Part shown: piece after piece, positions 30,923 through 40,370 of the stretch
Layout: each line of letters starts with the position of its first letter
Position numbering within the stretch: position 1 is the first letter of the stretch
IMG/VR virus record: IMGVR_UViG_3300032330_002160
Length of the DNA: 64,000 nucleotides
Strand: one strand, 5' to 3'
Source: an uncultured virus (IMG/VR IMGVR_UViG_3300032330_002160)
Taxonomy: Duplodnaviria > Heunggongvirae > Uroviricota > Caudoviricetes
Made by a program: the position numbers and the translations under genes
The notes under the pieces: generated by a model
Told to the model about the DNA's origin: nothing
Databases searched by the model: none
Seen by the model: the letters and a program-made list of their open reading frames with translations, nothing else

Positions 30923-31724
30923 TTTTCGTCACTTTTTTCCATAAAAAATAATATCAACAATAGGTTCTGCTATTATATAAATAGCAATTGCACAAACATA
31001 TGTACCATAATTAAATTCCCCCATCGTAAACATGGCTATGCCAAAAGTCATTAAAACTCCGCATAAAAAACTAGCAAGCATTTTTGTTATATATTTCATG
31101 TTGAAATATCCTTTTCACACTTATTTTTTTCTTGAAAATATTTTTCAATAGCTGTATGCACAATTTCTTTGATGCCAGCCAGAATTGTATATATAATTAG
31201 CCATACAATAATTGCAGTACAACTTCCTATAAAGAAATCCATTGTTATTTTCCTTCCAAAAAATCTTTTACTTCTTTAATCACTTCATCCGCATACGCTT
31301 TGCACTCTTTTAGATTAGCGAAGCTAATGGAATGATTATTCTGATCTAGAAAGTTATAGCCTAAACTATGATCTACCACCTCAACTTTGACAGACCAGCG
31401 GAAGGTTCCATCATGCAAATACTTATTAAGCTCCCTGCTATACTCGCCATGACGATTGCGATAAAACTGTACCCGAATCTGATGATTAGGCTTTTTGCTC
31501 ATTTTTCTTCACCTTATATTACGATTTGTTGTGAACGACCAGCCGCAATAAACATGTTGGTAAGATCGGTAAATTGCTTTGTTGTAAGATGGATGCCAAT
31601 CGAATTTGGAATTGGAGCTTCCGTGCCAGTCAATAGAGTAATATAAAATTTATCTGGATCTACATACTCAACGCATAGAATGCGCTCTTCATGAAGAATC
31701 CCAGCTGTGAATTCAAAATTAAAT

Positions 31725-31937
31725 TTAATCATTAGTCACCTTCCTTTTTTTACTTTTTCTATTAGTTTCAGCTTTATCAGCTAACTTCAAAATATAGTTT
31801 GCAATCTGCCTAGCTTTTGCTGGGGTAAAATGCAGGGTGATAAAACTTGCATATCCATAGGTTTGCATCTGAATATAGCCTTCTGGAATGGCTTCCAAAT
31901 GCAAGTCATCTCCATCCTTATCTTCAAATGTCCTCAT
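31725..31937 (-). CDS. hypothetical protein, paralog of 45003-45188
   Basis: F.D.DGDD and F.P..AR.IA..I...AD shared. Confidence 0.6.
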   Translation of the reverse strand: MRTFEDKDGDDLHLEAIPEGYIQMQTYGYASFITLHFTPAKARQIANYILKLADKAETNRKSKKRKVTND

Positions 31938-32256
31938 TGTTCACATTTCCTCTATTTCTTTCAAAAGCTGCGTTATTTTTGTATTGACAATATTTATCAA
32001 AATTATAACGCAACTCAGTAAGGTCGTCAGAATCATTAAAAAGTTTTTCCATTAAAAACTCTTTACATACTTCTGCCATGCCTTCCCATGCCTCAGCTGG
32101 AAGCCACATCATCAGACTCCTTCAATTGTACTTGCTCTCCAGTTTCGACTCGCTCGATGATTATCCGGTCATTTTCCCGCCGGACGATCCTCCACTTCAA
32201 AGCCTCTAGAAGAGACTCAAAGGTTGCTTGCTCAGGATTAATGTGATCATTCATTT

Positions 32257-32589
32257 TTAATCTTTTACAAGCCGTTCTTTATTTGCTGCAAGCGGATCAT
32301 ATTCTCGTTGTCTACTTACGCAAATCCATTCATTTTTAGGAATTTTAATAGTATCATGTTCATCATGACCTACTTCAAAATCTTTTTCATCAGAATATAA
32401 ATAAATATCGCCATTATCATCCAAGTAAGATTCATATGTCCCAAACTCATGCGACTTAACGCAATGAGAATGCCCAGTAACTTCTCCAAAAGCCAATATA
32501 TTATCTTTTTTCTTTTTCATTTTGCTCAAATCAGGAATAGAGCAACTTTTAAAGAAAATATCACCTTGTCGAGCCTGAAACTTATTCAT
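32257..32589 (-). CDS. small His-containing cupin-like protein
   Basis: RQGDI...LAFGEVTGHSH...HDEH..I...RQREYDP; AGGAG RBS. Confidence 0.7.
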   Translation of the reverse strand: MNKFQARQGDIFFKSCSIPDLSKMKKKKDNILAFGEVTGHSHCVKSHEFGTYESYLDDNGDIYLYSDEKDFEVGHDEHDTIKIPKNEWICVSRQREYDPLAANKERLVKD

Positions 32590-32610
32590 AAAAAACTCCT
32601 GTTAAAAAAA

Positions 32611-33234
32611 TTATGTTTCTTGAGAAGGACAATACTCTTTTTCAGTCATTCGGAATGTCCATGCAACCGCAGCGGCACATGTTTTAATTCCTTGAGTAAC
32701 TGGTGGAACGCATAAATAGTAATTTTTATACGATCCATCTGGTTCAGCAGTAGAATTTACTACTTTAACATAAGAAATTGGATCTTCAAAAATTCCAGAA
32801 ATACTAAATAATACTTGATTATTCTTTTTATCGGTATGAATAATTTTCGTATTTTTGTGTTTCATAACTTTTTCAAATCCAACAATTTTCATCCCAACAT
32901 AACGTAATTCAGCATTTTCATTAGAAAACACCTCTTTAATTGTAAGAATATCGGGATTGTTAATTGCCTGATGGTATTTCAATGGAATTCTAATATTTTC
33001 GTAATAATAAAAAATTGTCCCGAAAATATCAGCATCTATTCCATGCTTTCTACCATTTTGATACCAAGTAATCCTTGTAGGTGTTCGCCTAGCTGGTTGA
33101 TTATCCGCGTGTAAATTTCCGTCTTCATTTCTTATTTCAATAATGCCTTCCTCTTTACTACTAAAGGGGAATTCACTAGACATATAATCAAGACGAGCTT
33201 TCCACGCCTGAAATCCAGTATTTTTATTGCTCAT
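32611..33234 (-). CDS. DUF6745-like protein
   Basis: NAELR...VVNSTAEPDGSYK.YYL.VPP...AAAVAWTF...Y.P..ET. Confidence 0.75.
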   Translation of the reverse strand: MSNKNTGFQAWKARLDYMSSEFPFSSKEEGIIEIRNEDGNLHADNQPARRTPTRITWYQNGRKHGIDADIFGTIFYYYENIRIPLKYHQAINNPDILTIKEVFSNENAELRYVGMKIVGFEKVMKHKNTKIIHTDKKNNQVLFSISGIFEDPISYVKVVNSTAEPDGSYKNYYLCVPPVTQGIKTCAAAVAWTFRMTEKEYCPSQET

Positions 33235-33289
33235 TTTTTCCTCAAAAAAGATCACTTCCCATTACAGAAAGTGATCTTATATAATAAAA

Positions 33290-33592
33290 TTAATCCAAAG
33301 GAGCATTTACCCAGTTTGGCCAATATACAAGTTCTACGGCTTGCATACTAATAATAACACTTGAGCCAATAGGATCTTCGGTTGATGGGGCGTTTTGAGA
33401 AGATGCCCCTGAGCTTTCTACAGCCCTAGCTTGCGCTAGAATAATATGATCTTTGGACACATGACTGAGAATTCCACGATAATTAAATCTGGCGCAAAGC
33501 ACCGCAGTTGGTTGTCCAATAAAATTAATTAAAGAATCTGCAAGACTTTCTCCGCCTTTAATTTCTTTAATTGTATTTTTCTTTGTAGCCAT
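33290..33592 (-). CDS. putative Sm/LSm-like beta-barrel protein
   Basis: L..FIGQ..AV.C..FNYRG.L..V...HIIL..A resembles Sm1; VII...AVELV resembles Sm2; GGAGG RBS; own promoter at 33643. Confidence 0.55.
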   Translation of the reverse strand: MATKKNTIKEIKGGESLADSLINFIGQPTAVLCARFNYRGILSHVSKDHIILAQARAVESSGASSQNAPSTEDPIGSSVIISMQAVELVYWPNWVNAPLD

Positions 33593-33668
33593 TCTAACCT
33601 CCAATTTTTGTTTTTTGTCAATCGCCGTTACTGGCACACTACTATTCCACTCTTAGGCAAAAAAAATT

Positions 33669-33854
33669 TCAGGAATCAAAATAAAAAGGGTGATCACACC
33701 AATATCCGTCATTAGAAAAGCTTCCAGACCAATAATTATTTGTAGACCAAGAATTGCATAAATGTTTAAACGGCCTCCAAAGATAAGATCTAGGATACCA
33801 TTCAGACCAAGATTTATATCTAGCATGAGGCAAAGAATTAGTTTTAAAAATCAT
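33669..33854 (-). CDS. WS-peptide 10 (divergent)
   Basis: MIFKTNS leader; Trp/Ser/Tyr-rich; TGGAG RBS. Confidence 0.7.
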   Translation of the reverse strand: MIFKTNSLPHARYKSWSEWYPRSYLWRPFKHLCNSWSTNNYWSGSFSNDGYWCDHPFYFDS

Positions 33855-34053
33855 ATGTTTTTACTCCAACATGGATATTGTTACTCCAACATCGGGACCG
33901 TTCTCCTGACCGGGACCATAACCATGCCTTTGAAAATGTCCGATTCCATGAGCGTGAAGTCGCAAACCCTGACCATGACCATGACCACGACCATGAAGTG
34001 GACCATGAACATGAGTCTGACCATGTATCGAGATAACTACTTTTTAAAATCAT
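33844..34053 (-). CDS. WS-peptide 9
   Basis: MILKSS..WSWSWSWS..RCWS; ATGA-coupled to the upstream unit. Confidence 0.75.
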   Translation of the reverse strand: MILKSSYLDTWSDSCSWSTSWSWSWSWSGFATSRSWNRTFSKAWLWSRSGERSRCWSNNIHVGVKTYDF

Positions 34054-34238
34054 ATATTTCTACTCCAAGACCAAGACCTGTGCCAAAGACCCATCCTACA
34101 CCAATACCAATATGCAGACCAAGAACTAGAAGTAAATTTAGACTGAGACCAACACCCAGAATTAGACCAAGAATAAGAAGTAGAACTAGACCAACATTTA
34201 ACGCTAGAAAAAAGACTTTTACTTTTATTAAATATCAT
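34050..34238 (-). CDS. WS-peptide 8
   Basis: MIFNKSKSLFSSVKCWS...WSWSRNI, 62 aa. Confidence 0.75.
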   Translation of the reverse strand: MIFNKSKSLFSSVKCWSSSTSYSWSNSGCWSQSKFTSSSWSAYWYWCRMGLWHRSWSWSRNI

Positions 34239-34417
34239 ATGGATTTTTTCCAAGATTTAGAACAAAAATAAGATTTAGACCAAGACCAATACTGGGACCA
34301 AGAAGAAGACATATGATAACTATTCCAATAAGACTCATAACTAAAAATAAACCAAGATCTAGATTTGGAATTAGACCAACATTTTATTGAAGAATAACTA
34401 TTTGTTTTCAAAATCAT
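34235..34417 (-). CDS. WS-peptide 7
   Basis: MILKTNSYSSIKCWS...WSWSKSY...WKKSI. Confidence 0.75.
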   Translation of the reverse strand: MILKTNSYSSIKCWSNSKSRSWFIFSYESYWNSYHMSSSWSQYWSWSKSYFCSKSWKKSI

Positions 34418-34548
34418 ATGTCAGTACTCCAATTATTAGACCAAGACCTAGACCAAAACCTAGACCAAAACCTAGACCCAAACCAAGACCTAGACCAAGA
34501 CCTAGACCAGCATTTAATATTAGAAAAACTACTTGTTTTCAAAATCAT
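34414..34548 (-). CDS. WS-peptide 6
   Basis: MILKTSSFSNIKCWSRSWSRSWFGSRFWSRFWSRSWSNNWSTDI. Confidence 0.75.
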   Translation of the reverse strand: MILKTSSFSNIKCWSRSWSRSWFGSRFWSRFWSRSWSNNWSTDI

Positions 34549-34706
34549 ATGGATCTGCTCCAACACCGTGACTGTGACCATGACCGTGTGAATGATCGTG
34601 TCCATAACCGTGACCATGACGATGATGATTTTGTCCATGACCATGATCGTGTCCATGACCATGACCAGCATTTTACATTGGAATAACTATTATTTTTAAG
34701 GATCAT
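34545..34706 (-). CDS. WS-peptide 5
   Basis: Manual translation: MILKNNSYSNVKCWSWSWTRSWSWTKSSSSWSRLWTRSFTRSWSQSRCWSRSI. Confidence 0.75.
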   Translation of the reverse strand: MILKNNSYSNVKCWSWSWTRSWSWTKSSSSWSRLWTRSFTRSWSQSRCWSRSI

Positions 34707-34855
34707 ATGTTTTCACTCCACGACCGGGACCATGCCCCTGATCGTGCCCATGACCATGATGCTGTTTGCGACCATGAACGGGACCATGACCATGACAATT
34801 TCCACGATCTAGACAATGACCATCTTTTTGCCATACTATTTGTTTTTAATATCAT
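34703..34855 (-). CDS. WS-peptide 4
   Basis: Manual translation: MILKTNSMAKRWSLSRSWKLSWSWSRSWSQTASWSWARSGAWSRSWSENI. Confidence 0.75.
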   Translation of the reverse strand: MILKTNSMAKRWSLSRSWKLSWSWSRSWSQTASWSWARSGAWSRSWSENI

Positions 34856-34995
34856 ATGCTTGCACTACAAAAGACCATATATCGTGACCATGAAAGTGAC
34901 CGTGACCCTGATCTTAACCATGACCATGATCGGTGCCGTGATTCTGACCACGCCCAAGATTCTAAGCCAGAATAACTATTTGCTTTTAATATCAT
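34852..34995 (-). CDS. WS-peptide 3
   Basis: MILKANSYSGLESWAWSESRHRSWSWLRSGSRSLSWSRYMVFCSASI. Confidence 0.75.
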   Translation of the reverse strand: MILKANSYSGLESWAWSESRHRSWSWLRSGSRSLSWSRYMVFCSASI

Positions 34996-35150
34996 ATGTG
35001 TGTTTTCCAACAGCGCGACCACGACCACGACCCAAACCGTAATTGTGACCGTGACCATGATTGTGACCATACCTCTAACGATGACCGTGACCATGACCGT
35101 GACCATGGCCAGCAACACAAACTAGAAAAAGTATTTGTTTTAAAAATCAT
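34992..35150 (-). CDS. WS-peptide 2
   Basis: Manual translation: MIFKTNTFSSLCCWPWSRSWSRSSLEVWSQSWSRSQLRFGSWSWSRCWKTHI. Confidence 0.75.
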   Translation of the reverse strand: MIFKTNTFSSLCCWPWSRSWSRSSLEVWSQSWSRSQLRFGSWSWSRCWKTHI

Positions 35151-35320
35151 ATATTTTTGCTCCAACATTCACACCATGCCCAGTGATTAACCCAAGACAT
35201 AGAATTTTCATTAAACCATGATCTAAAAAAAGAAAGTGACCATGCTTTAGATTTAGATTTATATGTTGATCCACCAGACCAACATCTTGTATCAGAGAAA
35301 GTATTACTTTGTCTCATCAT
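35147..35320 (-). CDS. WS-peptide 1 (divergent)
   Basis: Manual translation: MMRQSNTFSDTRCWS...WAWCECWSKNI; ATGA overlap with the upstream gene. Confidence 0.7.
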   Translation of the reverse strand: MMRQSNTFSDTRCWSGGSTYKSKSKAWSLSFFRSWFNENSMSWVNHWAWCECWSKNI

Positions 35321-35845
35321 ACAATAAAACTGCCTTCCATTACTAAAACGGGTGGCCCCTCATTTGAAATAGGAAACTCCCATATTTCCCATTCCCCATA
35401 AAATTTTAAATCAAGAGCCTTATTAATACATTCAGAAATATTATCGCCATTAACTACTTTGTCATCCCCAATGAACATCAAAAATCTGTCGTCAGATTGT
35501 TTATTTTTTGTCATTTCGCCCCCCATTTTTAATTAGACAGAATTTCGGCCAAATTCTTCTGGCCTGCCTGTAGTTTTTCATACACATCCCATTGCCAGTT
35601 GTCATTTTTTGGCGCTTGCTTATGAATGCTCAACCAAAGATGATCAATAGCAATAGCAATTTTGATTTGCAGGTTTTCAAGTTTTGAGATTTGTTCTTTA
35701 GTCATATTATTCTCCTTTTGTTGACGAACTTACTACAAGAGTATTCCACACAAAAGGCAAAAAAATTTCGTCAATTTTTATTTTAAAATATTAAAATGGA
35801 TTCTAATACAACTATATCTTTCTCTTTCTATGTGATTCTCCTAAA

Positions 35846-35917
35846 AGCCCACTATAGGAATCGAACCCATATCTTCTAGGTACAAACTAGACATAATAGC
35901 CATTATACTAAGCGGGC
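35846..35917 (-). tRNA. tRNA-Thr(UGU)
   Basis: GCCCGCT/AGTGGGC acceptor; TCTAG TTTGTAC CTAGA; GGTTCGATTCC. Confidence 0.88.
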
Positions 35918-36615
35918 ATATAATAATTATACCATTTTTTTAATAACCCTTATGTTTTCTCCTTAACTTCTATATTCCTAATTTTAGCATCTCCATCACC
36001 ATCCCAATATAGTTGGAATTCTCCAAAATGATTTTCGGGATAAGGTATGACGCTATCATTTGAGATAAAATCTCTTGTACATCCCATTTCGCCCATATTT
36101 TTTAGGGTGTTTAGCAAGGTAAGTATATGATCTTTTGTCCACTCACCTTTAACAGTAAGTGTTATATCATACATTCTATTATCTCTCATCTAATTTCTCC
36201 GCTAATTCAATAAGGCATTTTTTACACACATCCATCATGCCACCTTCGTATAATTGGAATTGTATAACTAGGCTACGAATAATTTTTTTTTCACAAAAAG
36301 CTGTCCATTTATTCTGTTTTTCTTCGGTCCAACCATCAATAAAGCGCCCTTTCACACTAAAAAGCCCAGAAGACTTTTTAAGTTTTTCTATACATAAATC
36401 ACACAAACCATTTTTAATTTCAAAAAAATTACTCATGTTAAAAATCCTCTTTTTTGTTTTTTAATCATCCCCGCCATTAGTATTCCACTTTAACCGGTAA
36501 AATATTTCACGAATTCCTGAGAGGAAGCTGGCATAATTAATATTCTTTTGAGTTAATCTATTATCACTATTCCCAATGAGTACACAAACAGTTGTTGCCA
36601 TTTCGCCCCCCATTT

Positions 36616-36831
36616 TTAAATAACTACTGGTTTAAACTGAATGTAAGGATTTGGACATGGTTCTACATAAGCATTAAACTTATATATTTCCCCATTTGGT
36701 CTTTTAACTATTAAAACTACAAGTTCGCCATCTTCTCTGAGCGAATCTCGTAATTCTTGAAGACCGATATCACATTGAATAATTTTTTTTGCCATATTAT
36801 CATTCCACTCCCCTGTTGTTTTAAAAATCAT
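36616..36831 (-). CDS. hypothetical protein starting with the WS-peptide leader MIFKT
   Basis: Same TGGAG..ATGATTTTTAAAAC junction, unrelated body. Confidence 0.6.
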   Translation of the reverse strand: MIFKTTGEWNDNMAKKIIQCDIGLQELRDSLREDGELVVLIVKRPNGEIYKFNAYVEPCPNPYIQFKPVVI

Positions 36832-37034
36832 ACATCAGTACTCCAATTATTAGACCTTGACCTAGCCCCAGACCAAGACCTAAACCAAAACCAAGACCCA
36901 GACCCAGACCTAGACCAAGACCAAGACCCAGACCAAGACTTAGACCAAGACCAAAACCAAAACTTAGACCAAGACCAAGACCAAGACCTAGACCAGCATT
37001 CAACATTAGAAGAACTATTTGTTTTCAAAATCAT
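36828..37034 (-). CDS. WS-peptide 11 (detached copy)
   Basis: MILKTNSSSNVECWSRSWSWSWSK...SNNWSTDV; closest to peptide 6. Confidence 0.75.
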   Translation of the reverse strand: MILKTNSSSNVECWSRSWSWSWSKFWFWSWSKSWSGSWSWSRSGSGSWFWFRSWSGARSRSNNWSTDV

Positions 37035-38596
37035 CGGTTACTGCTCCAATTATTAGACCCAGCCCCAGTTTTTAAAAAATTCACCTATAAACATTCCACT
37101 TTCGCCCGATAAAAATTTCTAAATCACCAATAAACATACAAAAACGTTCATCAGATAGGTCAAAATTATTTATAGACGTAGTTTGGGCAGTGCTTTTTCC
37201 ATTAGGTTTCCCGACTCGTCCATTTTTTCCCATTTTTTCCACCATTTTTGGCCCTCTAGTAGTGTATTTATTACTGGGTAATAGGAAATGATGACCTAAG
37301 CTTGAATCTTTTTAAGGGGGTTTTAAACGGCTTATTTTAGGTTGTATTTCCTTACGGTTTTTTCATAATCAAATTTTGACGCAAACCCCTTATCTGTATC
37401 ATCCTTATAACAACCATATATTTCTCTAATAATAAAGAACATTAAACCAATAATGACTATAGAGTAATTAAGGGTATAGGTGGATATAACTGCAAACATG
37501 TGGTTGTCCTTTTTGAAAATTTTCTATACACCAGCTTCAAACACACAACAAGCAACATTTTAAAAAAATTTTATTTTTGTCACAAGTGATTCTACAGTAA
37601 CCACTTGCGTCAAAAAAATTTTAGTCTAAAACCTTATCAAGGTTGAATTCATGGTCATAACTGGCTCTTTTTGATATCATCATATATGGATAAGTTGCTT
37701 CTGTTGTTGAGTATTGTGAGTTACAAATTGCATATAATACCTTCCATCCTTCTGTGGTTTTAGGCGTCTTGACAAATATAGGACCTTTTGCATCGACGTA
37801 GCGTTTTATCTCGGTCGCCATTGCGACTGTTTTTTCGAGGTTTTTGTTAATCTGGGCAACTTCTTCTTCCATTTTTGGCTCCTATTCTTACAGAATTGTA
37901 AGTATTGTATCTTTTTTCCCGGGGGTATATAAAAAAATATCCGGAAAATGGCGGTCTGTATAGAGGATAGAAAAAATAACTGGGGAGCTGATACTTGACG
38001 CACTTCGCCTTCAGTAACAGCATTGGGGTGACAGGAAAGTGCTAAAACATCCCCCCCTACCCCAGTTATATTATTATTCCACAGTGAGTGCGGAATTATT
38101 TCTGATATGTTCTTCTTTTATTATAATACCTAAAGCTTCTTCAATCAAACGATAATCCGTTTCAGAGAAACTGGCATCGCAATCTTCAATGCCCCTATTA
38201 TATTCTGCGATATATTTACCATCACCCAACCAAATACCATCTACATCACTAATACTAATATTCCAACACATTTTATGTTGATGCTCCATATATACTTGAA
38301 CACGTTTTTTAGAATAATCTGATAGATTAACCAATAGCGAAGCGACCATTATTTAATTCCCTTTCTTCTCTAGACTTTGAATTGCTCACATTACTATTCC
38401 ACACATACTGGCAATTTATTTCAACAAATAAAATTTCATTATGGCGCAATCTTCATAAACGCAGAAAGTCGCGTGCATACGGCTTTCGTCGGCTGACTAA
38501 GAAAGGTTAGCTAATACAAATTTCAAAAAAGGGTTAAAATTCATCAATGTTGGTGTTTAAAGAGTAAATAACTATCAAATATGTATTAAACTACGA

Positions 38597-39043
38597 TTAC
38601 TTACTACTTCGAGGATGATCCTTTGGTAATAGATCATTATCTTGTTTATAGTTTGGATTTGAAGGTCTACCATTTCTTAATAAATATAAAAATGCTTTAA
38701 CTCTCGCCATAGCCCAGCCATCCCTACTCATATTAGGAGCATGACTGGAACTAAAAGCACCAGCGCCTCTTCTATAGACTGCCTTTAACATACCCAGAGT
38801 TGCTTTACTTCCCTTACCTTTTTTATTATGTTCACGAACAAGCGACTCCAATCTATCAGTCAAAGACTTGTCGAAATCTATTGATCCTTTATCATCTTTT
38901 GCGCTACCCGGATCATTTTTTTTAGATCCTTCTTTTTGATCTTTTTTTGGGGCTGGCGTTTTTCTTTTATCATTTGGCCCCGGCTTACCATATTGTAAGG
39001 CTTTAGATAAATATTCTTCTACTGCTTTTAAATAATTATTCAT
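38597..39043 (-). CDS. conserved large-phage protein (DUF5824-like)
   Basis: LKAVYRRGAGAF..SH.P....WAMARV.AFL; AAGGAG RBS; GGTGTA upstream. Confidence 0.65.
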   Translation of the reverse strand: MNNYLKAVEEYLSKALQYGKPGPNDKRKTPAPKKDQKEGSKKNDPGSAKDDKGSIDFDKSLTDRLESLVREHNKKGKGSKATLGMLKAVYRRGAGAFSSSHAPNMSRDGWAMARVKAFLYLLRNGRPSNPNYKQDNDLLPKDHPRSSK

Positions 39044-39386
39044 CGCTAGTTCTCCTTAATAAATACTACACCCCATTTTTAAAAGTTTGCATGCTACGGC
39101 TATTCTCGGCTGACTAAAAGATATTCGCCGATACAAAATCGAAAAGTCGCGTGCATCCGGTTTTCGGCGGCTGACTATTAAATATTTAGTAAGACAATTA
39201 TAGCAGTCCATAGAAGGAGCTATCCAAATATAACTGGCGCGGGGTGGTGGGCCCGTTCGTGAAGAAGAAAAAAAATTGAAATAAAAAAACCGAAGGTTTT
39301 CACCTTCGGTCTAGGTCTTTTAAAAATTGCCGGATAGCTACAACTATCGCAGCGACGAATAGAAACTTACCAAAGTCTAGCACTTG

Positions 39387-40370
39387 TTATGCGGCAAGAG
39401 CCACAAGGTTATTCAGGACTTGCTGATCTTTGGTTTTGTTGATTCCAAACCATGCCGAGTAAAGGCGGTTGGACTTGTCGGACTTAGTTCCAGACTCTTG
39501 CAAGAGATAGTAATTGATACCGTTATATGCACCCCATGCGGTATTTGGTGCAGCATCAGCACCCGGGCTATTTTTCACGCAATCCAAAATATGTTCGAGA
39601 ATATTTTGTGATCGGGTGGATAGCTTTTCATCGGGCTCGATATCCAGAACAACTTTCTTGACAAGGCGGACAACATCATCTTTATAAAAGGCATGATGTG
39701 CTAGCTTGCGATATTGATCAACATTCGCACGGAATTCTTGATGGATCAAATCCATGGTATCCCGAAGATTGATCATATTTTGCTCAATGTTTCCAGAGTG
39801 CTTGACACGGAGCAAGCGATTGGAATCAGACTGAGCATGAGCCATACCCAGAGTGTTTTGGCAAACAACCCTGATCTCGGTGAATCCGCCGCGAACAGCT
39901 TGAACACCGTTGTGAGAATTTGATAGCAGAACATATCGCTTGACTGTATCGCCGGGGATAACATCTGCTTCCAGACCCTCAATCTTTGCAAGGCCCCAGA
40001 TAACGGCACCCTCTTTGAGCGATCCGGCAGTCTCAAACTTTGCCAGACCTGATTTCAACCATGGATTGAACCATGACAACGCAAACCGGTTATCCAATGG
40101 TTTGTAATTCTTCGTGACAATCGCGTAAGGTTTCTTGTCGGTTGCACGACGGATCAGATATTGGTTTGGAATTTCTGAACTGTATTCTTCAGTCAATCCA
40201 TTGACAACAACTGATTCGCGTGTATATACTGGAACTTTCTCAACCTCCCAATTCAACCCGGACTTCTCACACACAATTTCCCAATCAGACCGTTCGTGTT
40301 CTTCAAGAACAGAACCAAATCCGTGCCATGGGGTTTGACCAAAATAAACCATGTTTTCTACTTCGTGAGC
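39387..40370 (-). CDS. DUF932/DUF945 family phage-plasmid protein
   Basis: MAHE..PWHG.G, ETAGSL..G..IW, LSNSHNG, RVVCQNT, TAWGAYN motifs. Confidence 0.88.
   Translation of the reverse strand, partial: AHEVENMVYFGQTPWHGFGSVLEEHERSDWEIVCEKSGLNWEVEKVPVYTRESVVVNGLTEEYSSEIPNQYLIRRATDKKPYAIVTKNYKPLDNRFALSWFNPWLKSGLAKFETAGSLKEGAVIWGLAKIEGLEADVIPGDTVKRYVLLSNSHNGVQAVRGGFTEIRVVCQNTLGMAHAQSDSNRLLRVKHSGNIEQNMINLRDTMDLIHQEFRANVDQYRKLAHHAFYKDDVVRLVKKVVLDIEPDEKLSTRSQNILEHILDCVKNSPGADAAPNTAWGAYNGINYYLLQESGTKSDKSNRLYSAWFGINKTKDQQVLNNLVALAA

Noticed and set aside
33762..35190. Plus-strand DH/PR/TM-repeat ORFs and minus-strand VMVT frames
   Set aside because: Alternative readings of the hexamer repeats; only the WS frame has RBS, ATGA coupling and a conserved leader
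33669..35320. CRISPR array or DGR interpretation of the periodic repeats
   Set aside because: Junctions are degenerate and coding, units are 135-210 nt, and there is no cas or RT gene and no adenine-specific variation
36757..37056. DQ-repeat and GL-repeat ORFs
   Set aside because: Off-frame readings of WS-peptide 11
37120..37620. 500-bp non-coding stretch as replication origin
   Set aside because: Only short CCATTTTT repeats; no convincing iterons
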